A DNA stretch of 64,000 bases from Fistulifera solaris (taxonomy: Eukaryota), in contig AP026136.1 in the NCBI GenBank assembly GCA_030295235.1, positions 372,001 through 436,000 of the forward strand, written 5' to 3'. Shown here piece by piece: positions 45,470 through 57,607 of the stretch (its first letter is position 1; each line of letters begins with the position of its first letter). Under the pieces are notes generated by a model that had not been told where the DNA came from, searched no databases, and saw nothing but the letters and a program-made list of their open reading frames with translations. A program made the translations under genes and the position numbers.

Positions 45470-46683
45470 ATGAAGTTCGTTGCCGCTCTTTTTTCTCTTT
45501 GTGAACTCGGCTACTGCTTTCAGCCTGAGTTCCCCTGCTTTCGCCGCACCCAAGACCTCTTCGACTCAACTCATGGGTGAATTCGGTGCTTCCTCCACTT
45601 CGTTCTACACCACCACGGAGAAAAAAAGATTCTTACGAGAGCCTTGACGATGTTCTGAGCACCAAGTGCAGTGATCCCAAAGTTCGTCATGTTATCAAGG
45701 ACATGCTCAACGTATGCGCCGAAATCACGGAGGCTCTTCGAACTGCCCTTGTGACTGTGGAAGGTAGCATGAACGATTTCGGTGACGCGCAGCTCAGTGT
45801 TGACGTAAGTACTGCAACGCGCTCGGACGTGACAGTATGGCAAAATACAGTCTCTCACTTGCTCTATCTCCATTTCTGTCTGAACAATTCATAGGTGATT
45901 GCCGATAACTTGCTTTGGGATGCTGTCAAGCGCTCTTCAGTGGTTCGTGAAGGAGCTTCGGAAGAAGACCCTATTGTACGTGACGTTGATGAAGGCGGTG
46001 AGGGTGAATTCACTGTCTGCTGGGATCCCTTGGATGGGTCTTCTATTGTGGATAACAACTGGGCTGTAGGAACCATGATCGGTATCTGGCCCAAGCGTAC
46101 GGGACTGATCGGGGCTACGGGCCGTGATCAGGTCACTTCCTTGGTGGCCCTTTACGGCCCCCGAACGACGGTTTTGGTAGCCCTCGACGACGGAACTTAT
46201 GAATTCAGCTACGGTTGCACACCCGAGGGGTGCCAGCTCCCAGATGGATCTTGGGAGCCCTGGATTTGCTCTCGTCACAAAATTCAGATCAAGCCGGACT
46301 GCAAGATCTTTTCACCGGCCAACTTGCGTGCGGCACAAGATGTGGCAGGATACAAGAAACTCGTCGATCATTACATGGAAAACCGCTACACTCTTCGTTA
46401 CTCTGGTGGTTTGGTACCGGATGTTTACCAACAGTTCACCAAGGAACAGGGTGTCTTCTCCAACCCTACTTCGTCCAGCAGCCCTGCCAAGCTCCGTCTT
46501 GCTTTTGAAGCCGCCCCTTTCGGTCTATTGGTCGAGAAATCCGGCGGAAAGACCTCCGATGGTGTCACTGGTGGATCCATCTTGGATGTTCAGATCAACT
46601 CTGTTGACCAGCGTACTGCCCTCTGCATTGGATCGGCCAACGAGGTAAACCGATTCAACGAATTCCTCAGCCTTGGAAACTAA
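45470..46683 (+). CDS. SBP: Plastid-targeted sedoheptulose-1,7-bisphosphatase
   Basis: NDFGDAQLSVD, SEEDP, WDPLDGSSIVDNNWAVG, TGRDQV, YGPRTT, YTLRYSGGLVPDV and AKLRLAFEAAP. The presequence MKFVAALFLFVNSATAF appears after removing one T (about 45490) and one A (about 45625). Intron 45805-45894. Confidence 0.9.
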
Positions 46684-46836
46684 GATGCTGTATGAGTATG
46701 AGATATCAATAGATCTCTTTTATTTTACATAGAATTTCATTTGGTCACTTTTAAGCGTTTGCTGCTCCACCGGTCGTTGCCGACAAAACAGAAAAGCCGA
46801 ATCATCAAAAAGCAAATTGAATTGCCAAATGTGTAT

Positions 46837-48657
46837 TTAATCCGCATGAGGGAATGGGAAGCTTCGTCCTGTACCTCCATCTCCGGGTTCTCCATTCATC
46901 GTTCTCATTCGCATAATATCGCGCTCGCGACGGCCTCGGAAGATCCATCGAATAGGGGTCGCTTCAAACCCATCTAGACTTTCTCGGAATTTGCGATCCA
47001 AATACCGCCTGTAGTTATCATTCACAAGCTTGGGGTCGTTGCAGAATACCACAATTGTGGGAGGTCTCGTACTGACTTGATTGCAATAATAGATTCTCGC
47101 TTGGGAGCCGTTTCGACGAGCCGGCGGTGGCTGCCACAAAATGGCGTCTCTCAAGACCTCGTTCAAAATCGACGTACTTATTCTTTTCCTGTGCGCTGCG
47201 ATTGCTTCGTCAATAACACCGTAAATTTTACCTACACGTTGACCGGTAGCGGCTGAGATAAACAGAATCGGTGCCCAACGAATCTGCGGGAGTTCCTCGC
47301 GTACATATTTAACAGCCTTGTCATAGGTTAAGGAGTCCTTGTCCACAACGGCATCCCATTTGTTGCATATTATCGCACAAGCTCTGCCATCATCTGATAT
47401 TTTCTGTGCCAATATGCGATCTTGCTCAGTAACACCAGCAGTGGCATCCAAGATGAGCAAGACCACATCTGCTCGCCGAATCGCTCGAAGCGCTCTATTG
47501 ACCATAAAAACTCAGGCCCAAAATCGACCTTTCCCTTTCTTCGAATACCGGCAGTATCCACAAAACGGTACAAGGTAGGCTGTTCGTCCGATCCAGGTGG
47601 AGCAGGTCGTTCCATCACGGCATCGATGGAGTCTCTGGTTGTTCCGGCAAGATCTGAAACGATGGCCCGTGTGCCGCCAAAGATGGCATTCAATAGACTC
47701 GATTTTCCTACATTGGGGCGTCCAATAATAGCGACATTGATCTCTTCTTGTTGTTCTAGCTCATCAAAGGCTGCTAAGGCATCTTCGTACGCATTTAAAG
47801 CATTTTGAGCAGCATCTCCAACTCCATATTTTCGCATCTTGTAGGAAGTCTCATCCTCTCATGGAAGAGGACCTTTGTGTTTCATAATGGCTTTTGCCTC
47901 TTGTAACTTCTTCACTTTCGTACCAAATCCCTCAATTGCTGTCTTCTTTTGCGCAATTTGCTCAAACATGGACTCTAAAAGATCCGCAGTCCCTACTCCG
48001 TGTAATGCGGAAACAGGAAAGGGCTCTCCGAGTCCCAACTGCCAGAACTCGGACGCCGCCATAGCCCCCGTCTTTTCGCTTTCACATTTGTTGACAGCCA
48101 TGAGTACTGGAATATCTTTGACGACTTCCTTACGCAAAAATTCAGCAATGGCAACATCCATCGGTGAGAGCCCCGCCTGCCCATCCGCTACCAAGATAAC
48201 TGCCGCACTTTCTTCAATCGCAATCATGGCCTGTTCACGGATCTCTTTCGCGAACAAAGTATTCTCATCGTCATCAAAGACTAAGCCTCCCGTATCCACA
48301 ACAGAGAAATGCTCTCCCAGGAATTCGGCCGGGCGATAGGTTCGATCGCGCGTGATACCGGACTCGTCCGCCACAATGGCCCCGCCCGACTGACTCCCCT
48401 GCAATGCGATTAACAAGAGCCGACTTTCCGACATTCGGGCGACCGACAATAGCAATTAAAGGTACGTTTTTGTTCTTCCGAGCGCGCCGAATGGGTTGTT
48501 GCGTTGGATTGTCGGCTTCGATTTTGGTAGAATAAAGTAACAGGGAGACTGGTTTCGTCGGTAACTTTGTCATGGAAGGACTCAGCCAACTATGAGCGGC
48601 TTCCATGAGAAACAGTAATGCAATGGTACTTCGTATTGGAAAATTCATGATGAACAT
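46837..48657 (-). CDS. der: Plastid EngA/Der double-GTPase ribosome biogenesis factor; frameshifted
   Basis: Two GRPNVGKS P-loops, GITRD/GTTRD, DTGG/DTAG, NKCE/NKWD and a KH-like C-terminus ([14 protein letters not shown]). Presequence AHSW. Confidence 0.92.
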
Positions 48658-49043
48658 GTACTCCGCATCAACTAAATTCTTTGAAACGTTTTACGCTGCA
48701 ACACATTGGCGGTGACTTGTTCTGTGTTCCGTCCAGAGCAGTGTGTTCGTCGCTGTGAAAAAAAGGGGTGATGATGGGCATAGGTCATGAGTCCTGTTTT
48801 TCGGTTGTCATCCGTGACAATTTCTTAAATCATTTGAATACCTCTCCGACTCAAAATGATACAAATTTATTAAGTGGCGATTTTCCTATGGTGATGCCGG
48901 CGCTTCCTTCAAACGTCGTGTTCGAATCCCACAGCGCTCACAGCACTAATAATTCTCGCATTTATTCCTTGACAACATCTCGATGTTGTTGTTGCTGTTT
49001 TGCAAACATAATTACAAGTCGAAATAAACAATCATCTTTGATC

Positions 49044-49562
49044 ATGGTAAGTGATGCATTGTTGAAAAGTATCCGACTTGTGTTAGTATTGCTATTACCG
49101 CACCTGGCTTCTCCGTAAACTTGCGATAAAGGACAAGATGCTCCTTTTCTCACGGCCATTCTTCTTCTTCTTCTTTCGCAACAGGCTGAAACAGGATACG
49201 ATCCAAAACGTTCTAAAGTGAACAAAGACAAGCTAGATGAGTTTGTGCAGCGCGACATTAAGGGAGACCTCGAAGAGGTTCCGGGGATCGGGCCGGCCGC
49301 CGTCAAAAAGCTGGCGGAACCGGATGCCCAGGGCAATCCCGGTATCACGACAACTTACCAGCTCATCGGAGCTTATTTGTCTTTGAAAAACAGTGAATGC
49401 GACCCGGTATCTCATAATGATTACTTTTGGTACTGGTTGAAAGAAAAGGGCATCTCGTCACACAGATCGGGAATCGTGCAATGCATCGCCAAGAAGTGCA
49501 ACAGTTTCATGCCCGGATTGTATGATCCTTCCATGTACGAATCGGATGATGAAGAGGAATAG
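49044..49562 (+). CDS. Barrier-to-autointegration factor (BAF/BANF1)-like helix-hairpin-helix protein; first coding exon is ATG only
   Basis: ATG 49044-49046 and intron 49047-49184 (gtaagt..caacag) give MAETGYDPKRSKVNKDKLDEFV... Motifs KLDEFV, VPGIG, KKL, YQLIGAYLSLK, FWYWLK and CIAKKCNSF match the BAF fold in order. Confidence 0.8.
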
Positions 49563-49790
49563 ACTCAACAATTCATTTCTCTTTTCGACTTGACGGTCTC
49601 CTGCGATTGATGCGCTCTCGCCTTTCCTTTGAGCAGCTTGTAGTACAATTTTACTTTTGTCTAAGTTCTAAGTTGCGGATCGTTTGCTCCATTATTACTG
49701 CATACATTTTACGTACGTAGCTAACGAAACGCTGCTAGCAAGTTCTTGTCATACAAGCGTGTAAAGTGTCGCTACAAAAGGCCGAGAGTT

Positions 49791-50411
49791 CTATCCAAAG
49801 ATTGTGCAAGTCAGAATGCCAATTACAAAGAAAACCCCCAAGCGAACTCCAGTGACGGCAACGGTTCCCGCCATGATTCGCGTCGGCTGCTCTCGAATAT
49901 CCTCTAGATAAAGGTCCAAATTTGGTCGCAAAAGAAAGAACTCTACCAATGCGTACGCAATGACAATCGTCGGAATCTGATCAATCACGTTCAAAAAGCG
50001 AGCAGACCATTCGACTTGCGCGGCAAATGTCTCTGGTGTTTCCGCGGGCAACCCCATGACGTGTGTTTGTAAAATACCCCGTGTCGGTGAAAATCCAGGC
50101 AAGAGCGTCTGTGCGTGTATGGCAGCGCCATCCAAATTGGTAATACCCATATCCGCCAATGCCTTGGCCGAGGGAGCAATGGATTTTCCTGCGGATAGGT
50201 AGGGATCGGGAGGGCCCCATAAGGGCTGCGTGTGTTCGGTAGCAGGCTTGAGAAGTGCTACATTGAAAGAAGATAATGGAGATGCTTGTAAAAAAGAGTG
50301 TGATCTTTGATATTGAAGATGAAGAAATGCGCTAGTTTCCGCAAATGTGAGCCATAACATCCACAGAGCCTTAAAAGACGTGAATCTTGTAGAATGATAT
50401 TGCGTCAACAT
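49791..50411 (-). CDS. Hypothetical plastid-targeted membrane protein
   Basis: Signal peptide ending ETSAF and two C-terminal hydrophobic helices. No family recognised. Confidence 0.7.
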   Translation of the reverse strand: MLTQYHSTRFTSFKALWMLWLTFAETSAFLHLQYQRSHSFLQASPLSSFNVALLKPATEHTQPLWGPPDPYLSAGKSIAPSAKALADMGITNLDGAAIHAQTLLPGFSPTRGILQTHVMGLPAETPETFAAQVEWSARFLNVIDQIPTIVIAYALVEFFLLRPNLDLYLEDIREQPTRIMAGTVAVTGVRLGVFFVIGILTCTIFG

Positions 50412-50929
50412 GTTCGTGGTGATACTTTTAGAACAGAAACAGCGAACTGGAAACAAACAGATATTGCGCGCCCGTATGATGTCGGAAAACAATTTAATCT
50501 TTGATGTACCGATGCGTTTCAAATCTACTGCTTTCGAGCGAAGTGAGTCGATCCGAGTGGCCAAAAGTCGATTAGTTGCAAGTTGTAAGTTGTTCAATAG
50601 GAGGGCGTGATGGCAAAGGGCAATGAACGAGTCGCGGCCAGACGATCGTATGTTCGGCTTATTGCTGATTGCTTTACAAATTCGTTCACCTTGCAACAAC
50701 TTAGGCTACGTGAAACGTAAATCAGGAATCAGATTCTCCGTAGGATCTATTTGAGTTAATAAGATTTTAAGTTCTTCATGCAACCATACGCATCGATGTC
50801 AACCGTTGCATCGACGATGCTCGGAGATATCTAGAGCGAGGATTTCGCAGCGGCCTAGCTTCTTTGCGTATTGTCTCAAGGAATCTTATTCGGGGAAAAG
50901 AGAAGTCAAAAGACATACCTCGTGATTAT

Positions 50930-52410
50930 TTAAGCGAAATAGTCTAAGTTTCCTTTCTTCTTTGCTGCAACAACAGTAATTGCTTCTACGAAATCTTCGT
51001 GCATAATTTCAGTCCTCTCCTGTCGTAGAGCCAACATGCCGGCTTCCACACAAATAGCTTTCAATTGCGCACCATTAAAGTCTTCGCATGATCTTGCTAA
51101 CTCTTCAAAAACAACGGAACTGCTTACATTCATCTTTCGAGAATGAATCTTCATGATTTTACTTCGCGCCTCTTCATTTGGATGCGGTAGTTCAATTTTT
51201 CGGTCCAACCGTCCCGATCGCAAGAGGGCAGGATCCAAGACATCAGGTCGATTTGTGGCGGCAATAACTTTGATCATTTCGTTGCTACTAAAGCCGTCCA
51301 GCTGACTCAATAGTTCAAGCATCGTTCGCTGTACTTCTCGGTCTCCACTTTGATCTCCGCCGAATCGCTTAGTTCCGATAGCATCAATTTCATCAATGAA
51401 CAAGATAGCCCCCGCGGAGGTTCCTTGCTTGATCTTGGTTTTGGCTAGTTCAAAAGCGTCGCGGATAAGCTTGGCACCATCTCCGATGAACATTTGCACT
51501 AATTGCGGGCCTGCTAGTTTCAAGAAGATGGCGTTGGTTTGATTGGCGCAGGCACGGGCCAAAAGCGTTTTTCCGGTTCCGGGAGGTCCATGCAGCAACA
51601 CTCCTTTGGGTGGCTTAATACCGATCGTCTGAAACATATCACGGTGAGTCATTGGTAACACAACTGCCTCAATCAATTCTTGAATTTGCTGATCCGCACC
51701 ACCAATATCCGAGTATTCTTCCGTGGGACGTTCGTCTACCTCCATTGCCTGTACACGCGAGTCAAATTCTTCCGGTAGCTTCTCTAAAATGAGATACGAA
51801 TCTTTGTTCGTTCCCACAAGATCACTCGGCTTGAGCTCATCGGGATTGACGAGTCCAGGGAGAGGTAAGAAAATAGTTTGGCGAGTACTGGTACGGACTA
51901 CAGCGGATCGCGTTTTACGATTAGCATCCACATCGGTAGCGTCTCCTGCTTCCTTTTCTTCCTCATCAAGTCCTGTAAAATTTTATTAAGATTGAAAGTT
52001 ACAAAAAAAGAAAAAAGAGTGAGACAAAATGAAAAATAGTAACCCTAACGAAGAAACTGAAAGAGTTATGACACCAACTCACCATCTTCCGCATCAGGCT
52101 CCAAAACTTCTACAACATTGGCTACCAAATATGGCAATTGCTTGTTGAGTTTGACCTTTTCTTGATTTTCTTTAATACGCTCTCGTTGTCCCCTACTTTC
52201 GTGATTGATGCGTTGCACATCCGATTTCATCACCCGAATGTCATTGTTGATTAAATGGATGCGTTGACGCAATTCGGAGATGGACATGTGTCGCGTGTCA
52301 TCGTCATCTAACGTATCCGCGGAAGGTTCCTCCTGCTTCGCTTCTTCGTTCTGCGGGGCGGCGGGCGCTTCGCCCCAAATATCTTCTCCTTCCAAATCGT
52401 CGGCGCTCAT
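50930..52410 (-). CDS. RPT5: 26S proteasome AAA-ATPase regulatory subunit 6A
   Basis: [61 protein letters not shown] and C-terminal LDYFA. Intron 52082-51973. Confidence 0.95.
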
Positions 52411-52872
52411 TCGTCAAAGTTATTCTTTTAATCGCTTTCTCTCTTCACAACGATGTTAAAAAAGATGCAACCCGTACTAGTAAGTGCTCAAGAATATTAT
52501 AAAACACTATACGCCGTGCCTTTCATTTTGTCAGTTTTGTCATCGTCGCGACGACTTCGTCGAAACGCAACGATGGAGATCGAAACGATCGAGTGCAGCA
52601 TTCTCGTGACTGAAAAGAATGATGCTGGACTAACGGAAGAGGGACTGACGTACTTTTGCGTCGACACTCCAAAAGGGGCGTCAAATTTGTGTCAAACGTC
52701 AAATTAATAATGCGCACCACGAAAATTTTCTGTGGTGTCTCGACGTCGCGACCATGATGTTCGGGATGTCCCATCAACAGGCGGGTTCCCAAGGAATAAT
52801 TGACCTTGAATCATTTTATCTGACGTGTTTATGTCCCTGTAGTGTGATTGCTGGTTTGCTTCTGAAATCATT

Positions 52873-53402
52873 ATGATGATGGTCACGTTATCCTCCGTAG
52901 TATCGACTCTACTGATTCTCGGCATTTGCCGAAAGGCGGCCGGCTTCGGTGTACCATTGGCGGTTCGACCGACTGCAGTATCCCGCACAACTTGGATGAG
53001 GTCGACAGAAAAAGATGAAGAAGAATTCGCTTATAGCCGTCGTCGAAGACGGGGAGAAGAACGAATGAAGTCGACGACAGGAACGAAGATTCATTTTACA
53101 AAAGAAGAGAACAAGATGCATATTTCGAAGACGATGGCTTTGATTATTATGATACACAAGATGAATTCGACGATGAAGACGACGACGAAGACGACGATGA
53201 GGACGAATACGATTTACTCGGGAATGACATTATCCCGAATCCGATCCTCGATAACATCGATCCAGATGGTGCCGCTGAACGATTCCCTGAACTTGCTCGA
53301 GATCCCAGATTTTGGTTTGACATGCTATTGTTTGTTACTTTTCTTGACTTGTTATCGATCATTGGACCAAGAGACCCTTACCCAGACATCCCCTGGGTGT
53401 AA
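52873..53402 (+). CDS. Hypothetical plastid-targeted acidic protein with C-terminal hydrophobic helix; frameshift near 53055
   Basis: Presequence AAGF. The corrected frame reads D/E-rich, then IPNPILDNIDPDGAAERFPELARDPRFWFDMLLFV..DIPWV-stop. Confidence 0.7.
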
Positions 53403-53708
53403 ATGCCCCTACGGAGAAAGGAAAACATCGTTGGAAAAAAGAAAATTCTGTGCGCACGCAGAGGAAAAACAGTGTTAAATACAAAGTATTGGTAACGGTG
53501 AAACCAATACGTTCTGCCGTGGGTCTATTCATCCGAAGCTATCTCACACTACCACGAGCTGATTGATTTGCCACGTTACAATTAATTGTCCCTATAAAAT
53601 TTACGGTACATACAACACGAACGAAACGCTGAAAGAAGCTAGTCTAAGCAATTACAACAAACATCAAAATTAATATCTCTAAAATTATGTGCGGTTGCCG
53701 TCGCTAAA

Positions 53709-55875
53709 TCAGGCTTGAGGGGCAGACTGGCAAGCAGAAAGCATACTGGTGACTTCATGAAGCGCCGACAGAGAAGGAGTGTAGAGAATTTTATTGGCTT
53801 GTGCTAAAATCTGGGCGGCATCGCCGATAACCCCTCGCGCATGGAGGGGATTGCACATTCATGATACAAGCTTCCAACCATTAGAAGCGAACAAACAAGC
53901 TGCTCAATGTTAGATATCTGGTCGTTACGATCAAAAGCATCGTCTTGAACGTTGTCAGATAGCGCTAGACGAAGTGTTTCCACGCTTCTTTGAGCTGCAT
54001 TCATTGCTGCCTCTATATCGCCAAGCAAATGGTGCAATTCTGCAATCGTTCGAAGGGTGATACCAATGCTCTTTTGTCTAACGGGGCCATCATAATCGGG
54101 GGAATGCTTCTGAATAGTTTGAACTTCATGCATGATTTCTAACGAGGCGTTCATATTCCCTTTCTCCTTCTGAGACATGGAAAGCTTCTCCAAGGTTGTG
54201 ACGACGTGTCTGTCATTCAGCTGACCACTGGATCCTTTCCTTCGGACACGAAGTGCCTCGCTGAAGCACACAGATGCTTCATCCAACTGCTGTCGCTCCA
54301 TGCGAAGTACTCCAATGTTGTACAACAAACATGCGATGTCTGGGTGATCCGCTCCTAGCAGAGCACGGCGTAATTCGAGAGACATCTCGAAGGCGAAAAT
54401 TGCCTCTTCGTAGGCAGCAAGCTTATCTTGAATCAAACCAAGGTTGTACCAGACTGTGCTGTACAAATTAGAGGAAGACGAAGAAGCTTTTGCTCGGCCG
54501 CAAGCAGTTATTTTTATCTTCTTCGCCATCTTTGAACACGTAGAAAGCCTGCCAATATCGCCATACTCAGATCTCAGTGACCGATGATAATAGGCGATGG
54601 CATCATCGTATTGTCCCATTTCTTGATAGATGCGGCCAATGTTGTTACACGTAACGCTCGTGGAGATATTCTCGGCCCCATCGGCCAAATCAATTTCCAG
54701 TCGGAGCTCTTCTTTGAAAAGAGTAAGGAATTATGGTAGTCCTTCTGGTGAAAAAGCACCGTGCCGATATAATTTAGAGTCGAAGCAGCTTCTGGACTCT
54801 TCGGCCCGAACTCCTGGCGTTTCTCTTGCAACGAATTAAGACCACGCGCCAGCTCGACCGAGCCTTTATCTTCTTTCTCGTCGTTTTGAATCAGCATGAG
54901 ATATATTAAGCCCGGAACAGGGTCAAGGTCGTCATAGCCCGCTTTGGATCTGGCGCTGCAAATGTGTAAATACTTAAAAATGTGGTTGAGAGCGCTTGTG
55001 TTATATTGTCTGGCATACTCAGCCATTGCAAGGTTGTAATGTGTAGCAGCAACATCGGGATGATCCCAGTTCAGCAAGTTTGACCTTATTCGAAGAATTT
55101 CATTCAAGTTGTCAAATAGCAACTGATTTATGCTCCCTGATGTCCACGATACTCTACATATATTCGAAAGAACGTCCGCTAGTTCTAGATCATATGCCGT
55201 GGATAAAGCGCACAGGCTCCTGGCGAATAGAAGCGCTGATTGAAAACTGGACCGGGCCATTTCGCCCTCGCCCTCCCAGTAGCTAATGAAGCCAATATTG
55301 TTTTCTGCGCGCATGCCCAGCTCCATCAACACTTCGGTATGGAGACCGATGGGTGATGCAAGCATTCCATGAACCCAAGACCGAACCAAACTATAAGCCC
55401 TTTTTGCATCAGAGTACCTGCATAGTTTCTGGTAAATGGAAGCTTTATTGAAAAGAATTGACGCCTCGACCAGGGGATAACTGAAACAGTGCGAAGTGGG
55501 CAAAACAAACTTTTTCAGTACTATTGGCCCGTTGTCGCATTCGTCTTCAAGGTACAAGTCCGCATCAATATCATCCAAGCGATTTGAAGCAGGTTTTTTC
55601 AATTGGAAATCCAATGAATTGTAATGGCCATAGCTTCGTTGAAGACGTTTCAGAGCAATACGCCGAACCTCTTCAGTAGGAAATTTTGTCACAGAGTAGG
55701 CGGCGTCTAGTAAGTCTAGAGCCTCACCATTCAAATTGCTTTCAAAGTAAACGGCAGATAATTGTTGAAGTGCTTCGATAAGTATTACAACGGACGAAAC
55801 ATCATAGTATGTCGGATCGTTTGCTTTACCGATAGCCGCATAAATCGCGTTGCGTTGCCTCATTGAGCTCGCCAT
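53709..55875 (-). CDS. TPR-repeat protein (kinesin light chain-like repeats); frameshifted
   Basis: DHPDVAATHYNLA, GADHPDIACLLYNIG and TCNNIGRIY. Indels near 54720 and 53850. The corrected frame ends SACQSAPQA-stop. Confidence 0.8.
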
Positions 55876-57607
55876 TGTTGATGTGTTTTTGTTAAACTTT
55901 CGCCGTATTTATTAGTAACGATGCAGAAGCATCGTGCAGGAAAAAAAATCGATGAGGTTTAGCGTTGATGTCGATTGTTGATCCGTGGCGGAGATCTGTT
56001 GTGGGCCACGGCAGCAAATAATGAGAAACAATTTCGAAACAGGTGGCCGCCGTGGCAGCTGACCAGGTGGCAGAAGCGGAAGGCGAAAAACGACAACGAC
56101 GAATGAAAAACGAATCGATATGTCTCCGTAGCTTATTTTGTACTTTGTGGTTCGTACTTTGTACTAAAGTACGTAGCCACGCTGCCGGATGCCGGATAGC
56201 ACATAAACTTACCTTTTACTCTTTTACTTTCTATCCGATATCCGCCAACCGCTTAGCGGTAGCAGAGTAGCAGTCATCCACTCACCTTCGGTATACAGTA
56301 CTGAAAGGCTTAAAGAATAAAGAACCAAGAACCAACAACAAGAAGACCAGTAGAAAGTAGAAAGGTGTTCCCTTGTTCCATATTCCTTATTCTTAACCAG
56401 TACGCTTGTCGCTTGTTGTTTCACTTTTGCAAGTAGTTGAATGTTCAAGGTTCAAGCTGACTACCACTGCACAGAATCACTTTACGACATCCTTCTGACG
56501 TCAGTGGACATGTGGCATTCCCTATTTTCTCCACTTTTTACTTTAGAGTCTCCCTTAGATCATCATCTTGCATCTTGCTGACGTCTGACAGGTTCGTGTT
56601 CTGTGCCACTGACAATGCACAAGGACAATGACACCTTGCCATGTGCCACGTTTACGAAAATGAGAAATGAGCTTCGAGCTACGGTGGTACCGTACCGTAC
56701 CGTGCAGTAGTCTAGTCTATTGGCTCTTGGCCCTAAACTCGAGAATGAGGAGTAAAATTGCTAAGATAAGGTTGAAAGACAATGTCAAATGACTATATTT
56801 TGCATTGCTCTTTACTCCATCATTATATTTCGCATTCGCACTTGACCCTCACACCTCACATTATTATCAATCCTTGACGAGTCCTTACCATCTTTACAAA
56901 TGTACAAATGTGGAATACGTGACAAGTAAACGTAACATTCAAAAGCTTTCTAAAATTTCAAGACGTTAGAAGTTCTCGTCTTGACAATCAATGTGGACAT
57001 CAGGAGTCATCGTTACTCGTATGATAGGTTTCTCAAGCGTCTTGCCTTCATGTATAAAGCTAAGCCACTCATGGATGCGAGAAACATTCGTCCTCAATCA
57101 TCAAAAGTTTCATGGCGCAGCGTTTTAGCGGGTTTTCGCATTGCTTTTGCGTTTTAGGGTGTAATCGTCAAACACGATCGATCTCCATGCTTTATGATTT
57201 ACTCATGATTGGGCATCTGTAAGATACGTCATTCCTTATAGGTTGTGTTCGCTTCTTTTGTTTGAATAAAATGGAGTACGTATTTTGTTAGGCCCATCAA
57301 GACAATATCCGGATAAGGCTAGCTAGGGAGGCTAGGGATTTATTGTTTTAGTCCTGTCTTGCCGTGGAACTTACACGTGTACTACAATTATTAGGTCACG
57401 GAACTTCGTGTTCGAATGTGCGCTTGTTAGTGGAATGATGGTGAGACTTTGCCTGTGTTTTGCCAGTCATTCGTCATACGTAGTACGGTAGTCCGTGACT
57501 CGTAAATTCATCGAGCCAATTGCGCAAACCGTGATCGATTCCACTCTTGTCCATAAACTCAGCATCATTCATTTCGAACGCAAATTGCAATCAATGCGTT
57601 GACTCTC

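Noticed and set aside
48914..48935. GTTCGAATCCCAC resembling a tRNA T-loop / B-box
   Set aside because: The flanks do not form a T-stem, and no acceptor, D or anticodon arms can be folded.
1..55875. Many frameshifts in conserved genes (helicase, kinases, RFC, aldolase, SBPase, EngA, TPR and others), read as programmed frameshifting or mass pseudogenisation
   Set aside because: Nearly all are 1-nt gains or losses in homopolymer or doubled bases, in both directions, in essential genes with otherwise intact motifs. This is typical of unpolished long-read consensus. Short-read mapping would confirm.
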